Below, one piece after another: positions 24,305 through 35,918 of a DNA stretch of 64,000 nt. The notes below the pieces were generated by a model. The model was not told where the DNA came from. It did not search any database and saw only the letters and a list, made by a program, of their open reading frames with translations. The translations under genes and the position numbers were made by a program. The stretch lies in NCBI GenBank assembly GCA_964016885.1, contig OZ024742.1:195858001-195922000 (forward strand), given 5' to 3'. This DNA comes from Eledone cirrhosa. Its lineage: Eukaryota. Positions within the stretch are counted from its first letter, which is position 1. Every line of letters begins with the position of its first letter.

Positions 24305-25680
24305 ACTTCCTTGAGAGTAACAATATGCTGAACTCCAACCAGCATGGATTCCGTAATGGAAGGGATTGCCTGACGCAGCTACTGCATCACTTTGATGACA
24401 TTTTGAGAGCCTTGGGAGAGGGTTCCAACACTGATGTTATCTACCTTGATTTCAGCAAGGCCTTTGACAGGGTTGATCACAACATTCTACTGAGAAAGCT
24501 GTCCAATATTGGTGTAACTGGAAAGCTGCTGCAGTGGATCAAGAGCTTCCTGTCAAACAGAACCCAACATGTTGTAGTTGAAGGAGTCAAATCCAGCCCA
24601 GCCAAAGTCAGTAGTGGGGTCCCACAAGGCACCGTGTTGGGCCCACTTCTCTTCATCATCTATATTAATGACATCACTGACATCATCAAACACAGCAACA
24701 TTAAAATTTTCGCTGATGATTCCAAGCTCCAAAAGGTCATCAATGGCGTGGATGACCGGATAAGCCTTCAGTCAGACCAACTGGCTGTTACCCAATGGGC
24801 GGAAAAGAACAACATGTTACTGAACGAAGACAAATTCGAACTGATCCACTTTGGAAAAGAGGATGCTCTGAAACTCCCGTACTCCCTCCCCTCCGGTGAA
24901 ACTCTCGTGGCATCTAACAACATCAGAGACTTGGGAGTAACCGTGAACAGCAACATAAGCTGGGCCACGCATATAAGCAGCAAAGTTGACATGGCCCGCA
25001 GAATGTGTTCCTGGATCCTCAGAACCTTCCAGTCGAGAGATTCCCACACCATTATCCTTCTCTTCTCTACTTTTGCCCGACTACACCTTGAATACTGTTG
25101 TCCACTGTGGTCTCCCCACACGAAACAAAGTATCATGAAACTTGAAGCTCCTCAAAGGGCAATCACGAAAAAGATAGATGGCATGTCAGACCTTGACTAC
25201 TGGGGTCGACTAGAAAAGCTGAAACTTTACTCACTCCAACGTCGCCGTGAGCGTTATATTATCTGCATGATGTGGAAAATGTTCCATCATCACTGCCCAA
25301 ATCATGTTGGCATCGCCTTCAAAATACACCCAAGGCTTGGGCCCCGTGCTATCCGTCCCAAACAAAAATTTAAATCGCAACTCATAACAACAATACGGCA
25401 CAATTATTTCACCTCAATTGGCCCTGCTCTCTTCAAATTCACACCAGGACACGTCAAAACAGAAACTGACCACACAAAATTCAAGAAGTCTTTGGACAAA
25501 TTCCTCCAAGTAATCCCGGACAAACCACCCACACCCGGATATGTCTCCGCAAACAGTAATTCTCTTCTCGAATGGGCCATGGTGCCCAAATCCTGAATTG
25601 AAAGACTTCGCCAGGTGGTGCTATTAAGTTAGACATGGCCTGGGCCAATCTGGCCAAAACATTTCAAAGTTATTCAAAGT
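24305..25680 (+). mobile_element. CR1-group LINE, 5'-truncated RT (ORF 24325-25596)
   Basis: QHGFR, YLDFSKAFD, SGVPQGTVLGP, FADDSK, RDLGV, LEYC..WSP, SLQRRRER; short tandem 3' tail ttcaaagtta. Confidence 0.9.
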
Positions 25681-25695
25681 TATATGTATATATGT

Positions 25696-25816
<121 letters not shown>

Positions 25817-25936
25817 TGTGTATACATGAATGTATATACATGTGTGTATATATATATGTATTTATATATATATATGCATGTATATATATGTATATATATT
25901 TGTATGTCTAAATATGTATATATATATATATACATG

Positions 25937-25985
<49 letters not shown>

Positions 25986-26032
25986 GTATGTATATGTATA
26001 TAAATGTATATACATATATGTGTATGTACATG

Positions 26033-26120
<88 letters not shown>

Positions 26121-26554
26121 CTAAATCTCGTAATACCTGAATAAACATAAATAAATATTAAAAGTTTCAAATTTCAACTTCCGTTATAATCGCGCAAACA
26201 CACACGCACTTTCAAAAATACACACTCATAGACATACATTCACATACTTTCACACAAACACACCCACACATACATTTACACAAACACACATATACGCATA
26301 CACACATACAGTCACACAGCATGATACCAGCGTTGGATAAATGTGAGAATGGGAGGGTAAAGTCAAGCATACCTTTTTATTTATTCTTAATAACACTCTT
26401 TTTTTTATAACACTCTTTTTTTTAAACTCATATGTTGTTACAGCTTTATTCAGAGTTGTATAAATAAAAATATAATAATATAATTGTTTCTACTTTTGGC
26501 ACAAGGCCATCAATTACCCAGTGCATTACTGGTACTTTATTTTATCGACCCCTG

Positions 26555-27640
26555 CTGACCTCAATACTTGAATCCGAGCGGCAGCTGAGGAGATATGCAT
26601 CGTCAGGTTTGACGACATTGGATGGCAACAGGCCACTTTACCTGTTAGATATAGTGGCCTTGGTCTCCGGTCCCCGATCTCGCTGACTTTGCCGGCGTTT
26701 CTTTCATCGGTAACCTCATGCAGCGTTCTCGTCAGCAGGGTTCTCCAAAACAAAATGGAACCCTCTGTGATCGGGGAACGTGAGGACGCCTGCGAGACGT
26801 GGAACCGGCTGGGACTTAGCCCAGTAGACGTCCCTCCTCCATCTCTCCCTGTTGACGTCAAGTCCCTCCCCCCTCCCCAAAGAAAAGCATTTGGGATGCC
26901 ATCCAGTGCAACCTGGCCTCAGACAGGCTCACGCGCCAGCTCGACCAGCACCACCTTGCCTGTTTTCGCGCGGCCTCCAAACCCCACAGTGGTGCCTGGC
27001 TCCATGCCTTGCCCTCCTTCACTGTCACGCAGCTAGACAACGATAGCCTCCGCATCGGCGTTTCCCTGAGGCTTGGCCTCCGGATCTCCGAGCCACATAA
27101 ATGTTGCCGTGGATTCGCCGTGGACTCTTTCGGCCTCCACCCGTTTTCCTTTCGTCACATTGCCGGCCGCCTCCCACGCCATGCTGCCCTCAACGAGGTC
27201 ATAAAGCATGGCTTGGACGCTGCAGGCTTCCCTTCCTAGCTCGAGTCGGTGGGCTGGACCGAGGGGACGGCAAAAGGCCAGACGGTATGACCATCTTCCC
27301 GTTCCGCAGTGGCAGGTGTGGGATGCCACTTGCAGCAACACTTTCTCCAGCCGCAACCTGGTGCAGTCTGCAACTAACCCAGGTACTGCTGTACGTCGGG
27401 CTGAGGAGGCCAAACTCTCCATGTACCGGTCGCTCTCCGGCAGGTTTGCGGTCGTGCCCTTGGCAATGGAGACTTCTGGTGTCCTTGGCCCTAGGGCTAC
27501 CTCCCTATTCACCACCAAAGGCGCTGAGCTGGCCAGCCGCAAGTGTGAACCTCGCGAGTTGGAATGACTCTTCCAGCGCATCTCCTTTACCATCCTACGG
27601 GTAAACGCCTTCTACATTCTGTCCGCCGGGGCTGTGGGGA
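26555..27640 (+). mobile_element. CRE-like RLE non-LTR retrotransposon, degenerate 3' part
   Basis: QATLPVRYSGLGL, LDNDSLRIGVSLRLG, RHAALNEVI, DGKRPDGMT, WDATC, PLAMETSG across frameshifts; GC-rich island. Confidence 0.75.
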
Positions 27641-27719
27641 GGCCAGCACGTGGGACCCCATTTGCTCACCATACGGATTAACGCAAATAAATTATGTATT
27701 AGAATTTTCGAATATTATT

Positions 27720-29050
27720 AAAATCCCGCCGAGGTTAACTTTGCCTTTCATCCTTACGGGGTCGATAAAATAAAGTACCAGTAATGCACTGGATAATTGC
27801 TGGCCTTGTGCCAAAAGTAGAAACAATTATTAAAACTATCCAACTTTAGAAAAAGACTAATGTTTACATGTCATATAATGCTTACAGAACGAAAACACAT
27901 ACAAATGTAATATATACAAAGGAAACGGAAAGGAAAAAAAGAAAGAGGAAAAAACACACAAGCAGGTAATACACATATCTTGGACCACATACAACAAAAG
28001 GCAAGCGAAAGGGGTGGTCAAGCGAGCCCAAAGCAAAAGATAACAATATCGCGAGGAGCACTGCTAGTAATAATAATTAGGTACAAGGCCAGCAATTTTG
28101 GGGGAAGGGAAAGTCGATTGAATGGACCCCAGTGTGTTATTGGTACTTTATGTTATCGACCCCCGTAAGGATGAAAAGCAAAGCTAACCTCGGCGGGATT
28201 TGAACTCAGACCGGAAAGGACCATAGCTCTATGCTGCAAAGCATGGTGTCCAACTCTCTACTAATATTACCAATCCACCGCCCTACTGCGAGTAATAATT
28301 GTTTCTACTTTTGGCACAAGGCCAGCTATTACCCCAGTGTATTACTGATACTTTATTTTATCGACCCCGTAAGGATGAAAGGATTTGAACTCAGAATGGC
28401 AAGGGCCGTAACTCAATGCGTCAAAGCATGGCGTCCGACCCTCTATCGATACTGCCAATCCACCTGATTTAGGCACAAAGCTAGCAATTTGGGGAGAGAG
28501 GAAAGTCGATTAAATCGACCCCAGTGCATTACTGGTGCATTATTTTATCGATCGTAATGGGCCATAACTATATGCTGAAAATGTTCTCCAACGCGCTACT
28601 GATACTGCCAATAATAATAATTGTTTCTACGTTAGGCACAAGGCCAGCAATTACCCAGTGTATTACTGGTACTTTATTTTATCGACCCCGTAAGGATGAA
28701 AGGCAAAGTTTTCTGATTTAGGCACAAGGCCAGCAATTTTGGGGGTGGGGTAATCGATTAAATCGACCCTAGCGCGTGACAGGTACTTTATTTTATCGAC
28801 CCAGTAAGGATGAAAGGCAAAGTTTTCTGATTTAGGCACAAGGCCAGCAATTTTGGGGGTGGGGGTAATCGATTAAATCGACCCTAGCGCGTGACAGGTA
28901 CTTTATTTTATCGACCCAGTAAGGATGAAAGGCAAAGTTTTCTGATTTAGGCACAAGGCCAGCAATTTTGGGGGTGGGGTAATCGATTAAATCGACCATA
29001 GCGCGTGACAGGTACTTTATTGTATCGACCCAGTAAGGATGAAAGGAAAA
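27720..29050. mobile_element. Cluster of tRNA-derived SINE copies and fragments, including three tandem ~115-bp SINE 3' halves (~28715-29050)
   Basis: Repeated ggcacaaggccagcaatt...ggtactttattttatcgaccc...aaggatgaaaggcaaagt; the first copy is on +, the rest on -. Confidence 0.9.
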
Positions 29051-29510
29051 GTTAATTGCGACAAAACCTGAAACCAGAGTGCCGTAGAGTGCCGTAATGG
29101 AATACTGCAGTGCATGTCTGATCATTGTCATTTTCTTTGATGAGACAAATATAAGCAATATTCTATAAATATATCTATTATATATGTTGATAGTGAAGCT
29201 TGAGCAAGGTTTTTACTCTGGGTTATATATATATAACAGAAAGAGGGCAATGAGAGAGAGTGAGGTGTGAGAGAAAGGGAGAGTGAGAGAGACGGAGGAG
29301 TGAAACAGAGGGAGGAATGTGAGTGGGAGAGAGAGGGAGGAGTGAGAGAGGGTGAGAGAGAAGGGGGAGATAGGGGGAGAGTAAGGAATGTAAGAGGGAG
29401 AGAGAGGGGAGGAATATCGATTTAATGTCATTAATATCTTAGACCTAAAATGGAAATTTATTGAAATTAAAACACTATCTCTTATATCTCCCTCCTCCCA
29501 CACAGGCATG

Positions 29511-29553
<43 letters not shown>

Positions 29554-30261
29554 CCATATATAAATATATACATATATATGTGTGTGTGTGCGTGTGTGTG
29601 TGTGTGTGTGTGTTTATTTATGCATGTATGTATATATGGATGTATGCATGTGTGTATGTGTGTATGTATGACAATCGTTTGACTGATAATGTTTCTTCCT
29701 AAACTTACGGATTGCTGGAACGTACTTCATTAAAGAAGTAAACCTCATCCTGCATCACTGAAGCGAGTTAGAAACGTTGAACTACATATGTGACAGCGCC
29801 CAAATTCTCAACTTCCTGATTTGCCAGGATAACGCTGGGAAACCAAATATATAAACAACACCAGACCTGTCAACTCTCCCCGTCCGACAGGGAGATCTCC
29901 CACCAACTTTGGAATGGGTGAGAGATGTCTTCTCTTGTGAAAATGGGTATAGCTTTTATTATGTAAAATCTTCCCATTTTGCCTCATTTCTCCCTGTTTT
30001 AGGGCACTTTTTCTCATGTTACTCCCCGTTTGGGTTTTTAGAGCTCGGCAGGTCTGCAACAAATCTAGTCATGGATTTAAATCCGAAATCTCTCACCACT
30101 GTTCATTACCAACTTGTCTAGCAACAAGACTCAAAGTCTACAGTTATTTGTTTGTTGATTACCAAGTGTCAATGGAAGTATCTATGTGATCGATTGAAGT
30201 TTTAGGCCAAAACTTGACATTTGTACAACTTGCTTATACAAATCTCTGATTTATATATAAT

Positions 30262-30478
30262 GGTTTCTTATATAGGCACAAGGCCAGCAATTTTGGGGGA
30301 GGGGAAAGTCGATTATATCGACTCCAGTGCGTCACTGGTACTTTATTTTATCGACCCTGTATGGATGAAAGGCAAAGTTAACCTCGGCGGGATTTAAACT
30401 CAGATCATAAAGGGCTGTAACTCTATGCTGCAAAGCATGGCGTCCGACCCTCTACCGATACTGCCAATCCACCGCCCT
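30262..30478 (-). mobile_element. Full-length tRNA-derived SINE with 17-bp TSD
   Basis: A box tggcagtatcgg, B-box-like gagtttaaatccc; direct repeat tctga(t/c)ttatatataat at 30245 and 30479. Confidence 0.9.
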
Positions 30479-30954
30479 TCTGACTTATATATAATTAAGT
30501 CTTTATTGTCTATTTATTTCATATTTTGTTCAGTGGTTTATATAGTTATTTATTTATGTGTATTTTGTACATGTAACGATATACGGTATGTTTACGAATA
30601 AACATTTGAAAGCCTTTAGCTATGTATTTTGGAAGCTGAAGACGTAGAGTCATCTAGCAGATTCAAGCAAAGGCAGGGGTAGGTAACTATCGACAATCTT
30701 TTCTGACTCTGGTTGTTATCAAGACAGTGCTCCCTTAACCTGCTCTCAGCTGGAACTCGATATAGGCGAAAATATAATTTTGACGCCTATGTACATTGGC
30801 TGATTAGTTTCATTTGCATATGGAACTGTATACATGTAAGTATGTGTATTTTGTATATCTAACGATATACAGTATGTTTATTTATTTTTACACGTCTGGG
30901 ATCAAGGATTTCATGAAGTGTTTGCACATCCCTAGTCTGTATGTCTAAACAATG

Positions 30955-31300
30955 GACGCAGCATGGCCGAGTGATTAAGAAATTCGCTTCGCAATCATTG
31001 GGTCGCTAGTTCGATCCCAGTACGTGGCAGTTTGGGCAAGTGTCATTTACCAAAACATCGGGTCAATTCATGCCTTGTAAATGAAATCAAGTATATGAAA
31101 ACTGTTTGGAAGCCCGACGTATGGAGTGTACCTGTAATTCAAAGGACCAGCCTTCCCACACACTGTGGCTCGCTTGATCTCCCTGAGAATAAGGTTAAAC
31201 GAACATGTGTCTATGAAATTGTCAGCTACATACATGTTAACTTCATATCCAAACTGTTTCGTTGATTGAGCAACTGGAACACTCATCGTCGAAACGGACG
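30955..31300 (+). mobile_element. Second tRNA-derived SINE family (CORE-like); a related fragment lies at ~34770-34857 (-)
   Basis: A box tggccgagtga, B box agttcgatccc, ttgggcaagtgtc CORE-like segment; no complete cloverleaf. Confidence 0.7.
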
Positions 31301-31366
31301 CCGGTCCATTTTATATTTAAACATTAATTCCTGAACCAACATGACATCTATTATGCTTGATATTTT

Positions 31367-31560
31367 AATTGTTTCTACTTTTGGCACAAGGCCAGCAATT
31401 ACCCAGTGCATTACTGGTACTTTATTTTATCGACCCCGTAAGGAGGAAAAGCAAAGTTAACCTCGGCGGGATTTGAACTCAGACCATAAAGGGCCGTAAC
31501 TCTTTGCTGCAAAGCATGGCGTCCGACCCTCTACCGATACTGCCAATCCACTGCCCTCTA
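31367..31560 (-). mobile_element. Full-length tRNA-derived SINE
   Basis: Matches the copies at 30262, 45055 and 52310. Confidence 0.9.
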
Positions 31561-31854
31561 CCGATACATTTTAATATCATGTCATTCCGTAATATTATTT
31601 TCTCATTGTGTTTATAAACCTCTCTTTTATATACTTTAAACAAATTTTCGACATCTCCGAAGTTATTTAACTGGATGTTTCATAAAATAACAACTGTATT
31701 TATGTAATGTTCGGAGGTTCCACTTGATTCATCGTTTTGAATTTTTATTGCTAATCGTTTGATTTACTCTTCTTGTCAGATTTTTCAAATCCTTTTGATG
31801 TTTTTCTATTAGCCAGGCAAAGCTTGTTTCATACGTCCTGACAATATCTTACAC

Positions 31855-32830
31855 ACACTGTGACCTACTCAATGATAACAACTAAGACTATCATATCTTA
31901 GATCCACTGTGACTAGTCAATGATAACAACTTGGACCGTCATATCCTATCCCCACTGTGATCTAGTCAATGATAATAGCTAGGATCATCATATCTTATCC
32001 CCACTGTGATCTAGTCAATGATAATAGCTAGGATCATCATATCTTATCCCCACTGTGATCTAGTCAATGATAATAGCTAGGATCATCATATCTTATCCCC
32101 ACTGTGATCTAGTCAATGATAATAGCTAGGATCATCATATCTTATCCCCACTGTGATCTAGTCAATGATAATAGCTAGGATCATCATATCTTATCCCCAC
32201 TGTGATCTAGTCAATGATAATAGCTAGGATCATCATATCTTATCCCCACTGTGATCTAGTCAATGATAATAGCTAGGATCATCATATCTTATCCCCACTG
32301 TGATCTAGTCAATGATAATAGCTAGGATCATCATATCTTATCCCCACTGTGATCTAGTCAATGATAATAGCTAGGATCATCATATCTTATCCCCACTGTG
32401 ATCTAGTCAATGATAATAGCTAGGATCATCATATCTTATCCCCACTGTGATCTAGTCAATGATAATAGCTAGGATCATCATATCTTATCCCCACTGTGAT
32501 CTAGTCAATGATAATAGCTAGGATCATCATATTTTTGTCCCCACTGTGATCTAGTCAATGATAATAGCTAGGATCATCATATCTTATCCCCACTGTGATC
32601 TAGTCAATGATAATAGCTAGGATCATCATATCTTATCCCCACTGTGATCTAGTCAATGATAATAGCTAGGATCATCATATCTTATCCCCACTGTGATCTA
32701 GTCAATGATAATAGCTAGGATCATCATATTTTTGTCCCCACTGTGATCTAGTCAATGATAACAAGTTGGAACGTCATATGTTACACTGTGATCTAGTCAA
32801 CGATAAGAACTAGGATCATCATATCCTACA
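31855..32830. repeat. 49-bp minisatellite, about 20 units
   Basis: Unit ccccactgtgatctagtcaatgataatagctaggatcatcatatcttat, near-perfect in the centre and diverged at both edges; no spacers. Confidence 0.97.
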
Positions 32831-33032
32831 CACACAACATATATCCGTTTGAAAAGGAAAAGTTCAAAGATGGATTTGTTTAACTTTAATGTGGTGTCCA
32901 GCATGACTGCAGTCTAATGACTGAAACTAATAAAAGAATTTTTTAAATTGTAAAATAATAGTTTGTCCTATGTCTCTATACGAATGCCCAAGTATTTATG
33001 TTTGGATAAATGGTGCTAAATCGAAATCATTT

Positions 33033-33100
33033 AGTTGAGATGGAGGGTCTGTGGTTTTTCTCACAGATGTGAGAAAAACCACAGACCCTCCATCTCAACT
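33033..33100. repeat. Perfect inverted repeat, 33-bp arms and 2-nt loop
   Basis: agttgagatggagggtctgtggtttttctcaca-ga-tgtgagaaaaaccacagaccctccatctcaact. Confidence 0.97.
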
Positions 33101-33102
33101 CA

Positions 33103-33140
33103 CCTTTTGAAAAGCAGAAGAACTGCGAAACCGGTAAAGG
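33103..33140 (+). ncRNA. Minimal type I hammerhead ribozyme motif, U3-A8 core variant
   Basis: cctt-TTGAAAA-gcag(aagaa)ctgc-GAAA-ccgg-TA-aagg: stems I and II fully paired, palindromic helix III, GUA site. Confidence 0.7.
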
Positions 33141-33272
33141 AACCAAATAAATATATATATTTAAAAAAAAAATAAGACTCCAGTTGCATTTTCGATTTCA
33201 TCTCTTTTTCTTTATACTTTCACTCGTGTAGGACACCTCAGTTATTTTTCATTTTGTAAAAAAAAACCTCAC

Positions 33273-33328
<56 letters not shown>

Positions 33329-33558
33329 GGGTCGTATGTATGTGTGTATGCATGTGCATGCGTGTGTGTTTAGTGTGTATTTATGTATGTGCATGCGTGT
33401 GTGTGTGTTTGTGTACATGTTTGTGTACGTGTGTGTGTGTATGCATGTGCATGCACGTGTGTGTATATGCATGTACATGCGTGTCTGTGTGCGTATGTGT
33501 GTTTGTGAAAGTGTGTTTATGTGTGTTTAGAGTATAGAGAATGATAAAGGAAACTTAC

Positions 33559-33653
33559 GTAAACGGTGAATGTACGTCCTCCCACACGATCTCTGGCTTC
33601 TAATAGTGTGACACTAAGTCCCGCGTCATGCAGTAGCTTGGCAGCAGACAATC
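33559..33653 (-). CDS. MAO: Internal coding exon (95 bp) of a monoamine oxidase-like flavin amine oxidase, FAD-binding N-terminal region
   Basis: ttttcag|GA TTG TCT...GTT TAC|gtaagt; encodes (G)[31 protein letters not shown], very close to vertebrate MAO ([27 protein letters not shown] as I recall for MAOB); phase 1 / phase 0. Confidence 0.9.
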
Positions 33654-33774
33654 CTGAAAACAGGCTACAGATGAGAACAGGAACCAACAACGTAGGGGGC
33701 GGAATTAACATCAGATTACATGGGATGAAATCAGAGAGAGAATTACAGATTACAGGAGATCACAACAGAATGAG

Positions 33775-34260
33775 AATGACAGATTACATGAGTTAAGAAT
33801 AGGGAAAGGATGTCAGTTTACATGAATTAAGAGCAGGGAAAGAATGATAGATTACATGGGGTAAGAACAGAGAAAGAATTATAGTTTGCATGAGGTAAGA
33901 ACAAAGAGAGAATGATAGTTTACAAGAGGTAAGAACAGGAAGGGAATGATAGTTTTCATGAAGTAAGAACAGAGAGAGAATTATAGTTTACGTGAGGTGA
34001 AAACAGAGAGAGAATTATAGTTTATAAGAGGTACGAACAGAAATATAAAATAATAGATTACAAGAGGGAAGAATAGGAATATAGAATACAGATTAGATGA
34101 TGTAACAGTAGAAAGAGAATGACAGATTGGATGAAGTAAGAAAAGCGATTATATGAGGCAAGAACAGAGACAGATTGACAGATTACATCAGAGAAGAAAA
34201 GGGAGAGTGATAAATTACATGGGATAAAAACAGAAATATAGATTAGACTATATTTCAACA
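33775..34260. repeat. Degenerate ~34-bp minisatellite in the intron just upstream of the MAO exon acceptor
   Basis: Units such as agtttacaagaggtaagaacaggaagggaatgat. Confidence 0.8.
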
Positions 34261-34855
34261 GTAAATATAGTACTCCAATATTTCTACAAATCTATCGACC
34301 TACTTCAGTAAATAGAAAGAAAAATGTCATATTTGAAATAGTAGTCGAATTTTTCAGACAAGCTAGGCGCGGGAACGTGAAGCTAGCTGGCTGAAGAATT
34401 AACATTTCAATAAACCGAAACATGGATCAAAGAGATGCACATATGCTTTTCAGAAAAATATCACGTTTTTGACCAAATATGCCAACATGTTAAACAAAAA
34501 ATATCAGAAACATTATCCGCTAGCAGGCATATGATCATATTACTCTTGGGAAAATTTTAACTGCAAGCCGTACATACGAATAGGATTGCATCGATTAATC
34601 GGTATCGACTATGTTGCAGAATAATCGGTTTTGATAATCAGCCGTTAATATTTTCGAGCAATAAAACCATGGGCGGCAAAGAAATTCGGAAAACACATAA
34701 GATTCAACAAGTAGAAATAAACAAGAAACCTATAATTTCCTACGTCACACAATCTAAATGCAACAGTGTAGTGCAACTAACCCAGCAGACATGTGCACCC
34801 TTAACGTAGTTCTCAGAGAGATTCAGTTTGACATAGTGGGGGACAAAGCTGGCCC

Positions 34856-34954
<99 letters not shown>

Positions 34955-35167
34955 AATAATTAAGTATGAGTTATACGTTTAGATTACTTATAGCCCAGCC
35001 TCTATTCTCTTACTCAGAGTGTACACAATATGTTAAACAGGGATTAGACGGCTTAATGGGGGAACAATTGTAGTGCTCCCAACTGTAACAGTTTCATTGC
35101 CGTGTTCTATATGAACCGATTGGATTGCAACTGCACACTAAGCCATCATAACCATTGCTTAACGTAT

Positions 35168-35199
<32 letters not shown>

Positions 35200-35363
35200 C
35201 GCGTGTGTGTGTGTGTGTGTGTGTAAGTATGTATGTATGCATGTATGTATGTATGCACGTATGTAAGTAAGTATGTCAGTATGTATGTTTTTCTGGTATG
35301 TACGTATGTATGTATGATCTTCTGGTATGTACCTATGTATGTATGCATTTATGTAATTACGTA

Positions 35364-35918
35364 CCATGGTCGGGTCGTTGGCGACTAAACTGGCAACCCC
35401 GCCAAGGTTTCTTGGTGAGGAGGGTGACTTTGGACATCCTGCAGGACTAAAAACAAAACCTGTCAAAGACAAAGGAGCTCTTAAGAGTCAATGGCCATCC
35501 AAAATCACCGGGAGAGATGACCCCTTAGCCTTTGTCAAGGCAGAATTCTAGGAGAAGGAAAACTCTGATATAACACCTGCAACCCTGATGGTATCCAATG
35601 ATGTTGACTTGTTATTCTTTTTGGTAAATATCATCTTGGTTAAGAGAGTGGGACTGGCTTTGTGCAGTGCCTTTGTTCACTATAAAAGCTTCACGGCACA
35701 GGCATTGCTTTATATCTGGAGATCTCTCTGCACTTGTCGTCACATGGTACCATGGGCCCAGCACTATGTGTCAATAATTGTCACAAGTGTAGTGTTTGTA
35801 CCAGAGTTTTCAAGTCGCTGGCTGGACTAAAAAGTCACACTTGTTCAGTGCATCTGTAGGGATTCTCCTACATGGATGTAAAGTAGTGGCCGTACTCGAA
35901 AACGAGTTGGCAGCCATC
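35364..35918 (+). mobile_element. Non-autonomous bipartite RTE derivative, family 2
   Basis: 5' part homologous to ~1641-1782 (reverse complement); retains a zinc-finger relic [20 protein letters not shown] at ~35782-35841; RTE-type 3' stem; direct repeat atgtaattacgta at 35351 and 35919 within a compound (TATG) array. Confidence 0.85.

Noticed and set aside
29709-29757. Possible extra minus-strand exon (ttcag...gtaagt)
   Set aside because: No frame resembles MAO or any protein I recognise; splice-like motifs alone are insufficient.
30955-31030. tRNA genes at SINE heads (also 52310, 30478, 31560)
   Set aside because: A and B boxes are present but there is no full cloverleaf, and each continues into a SINE body and tail.
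31855-32830. Regular 49-bp array with a partial palindrome as a CRISPR array
   Set aside because: Units are contiguous with no unique spacers, there are no cas genes, and the context is eukaryotic.
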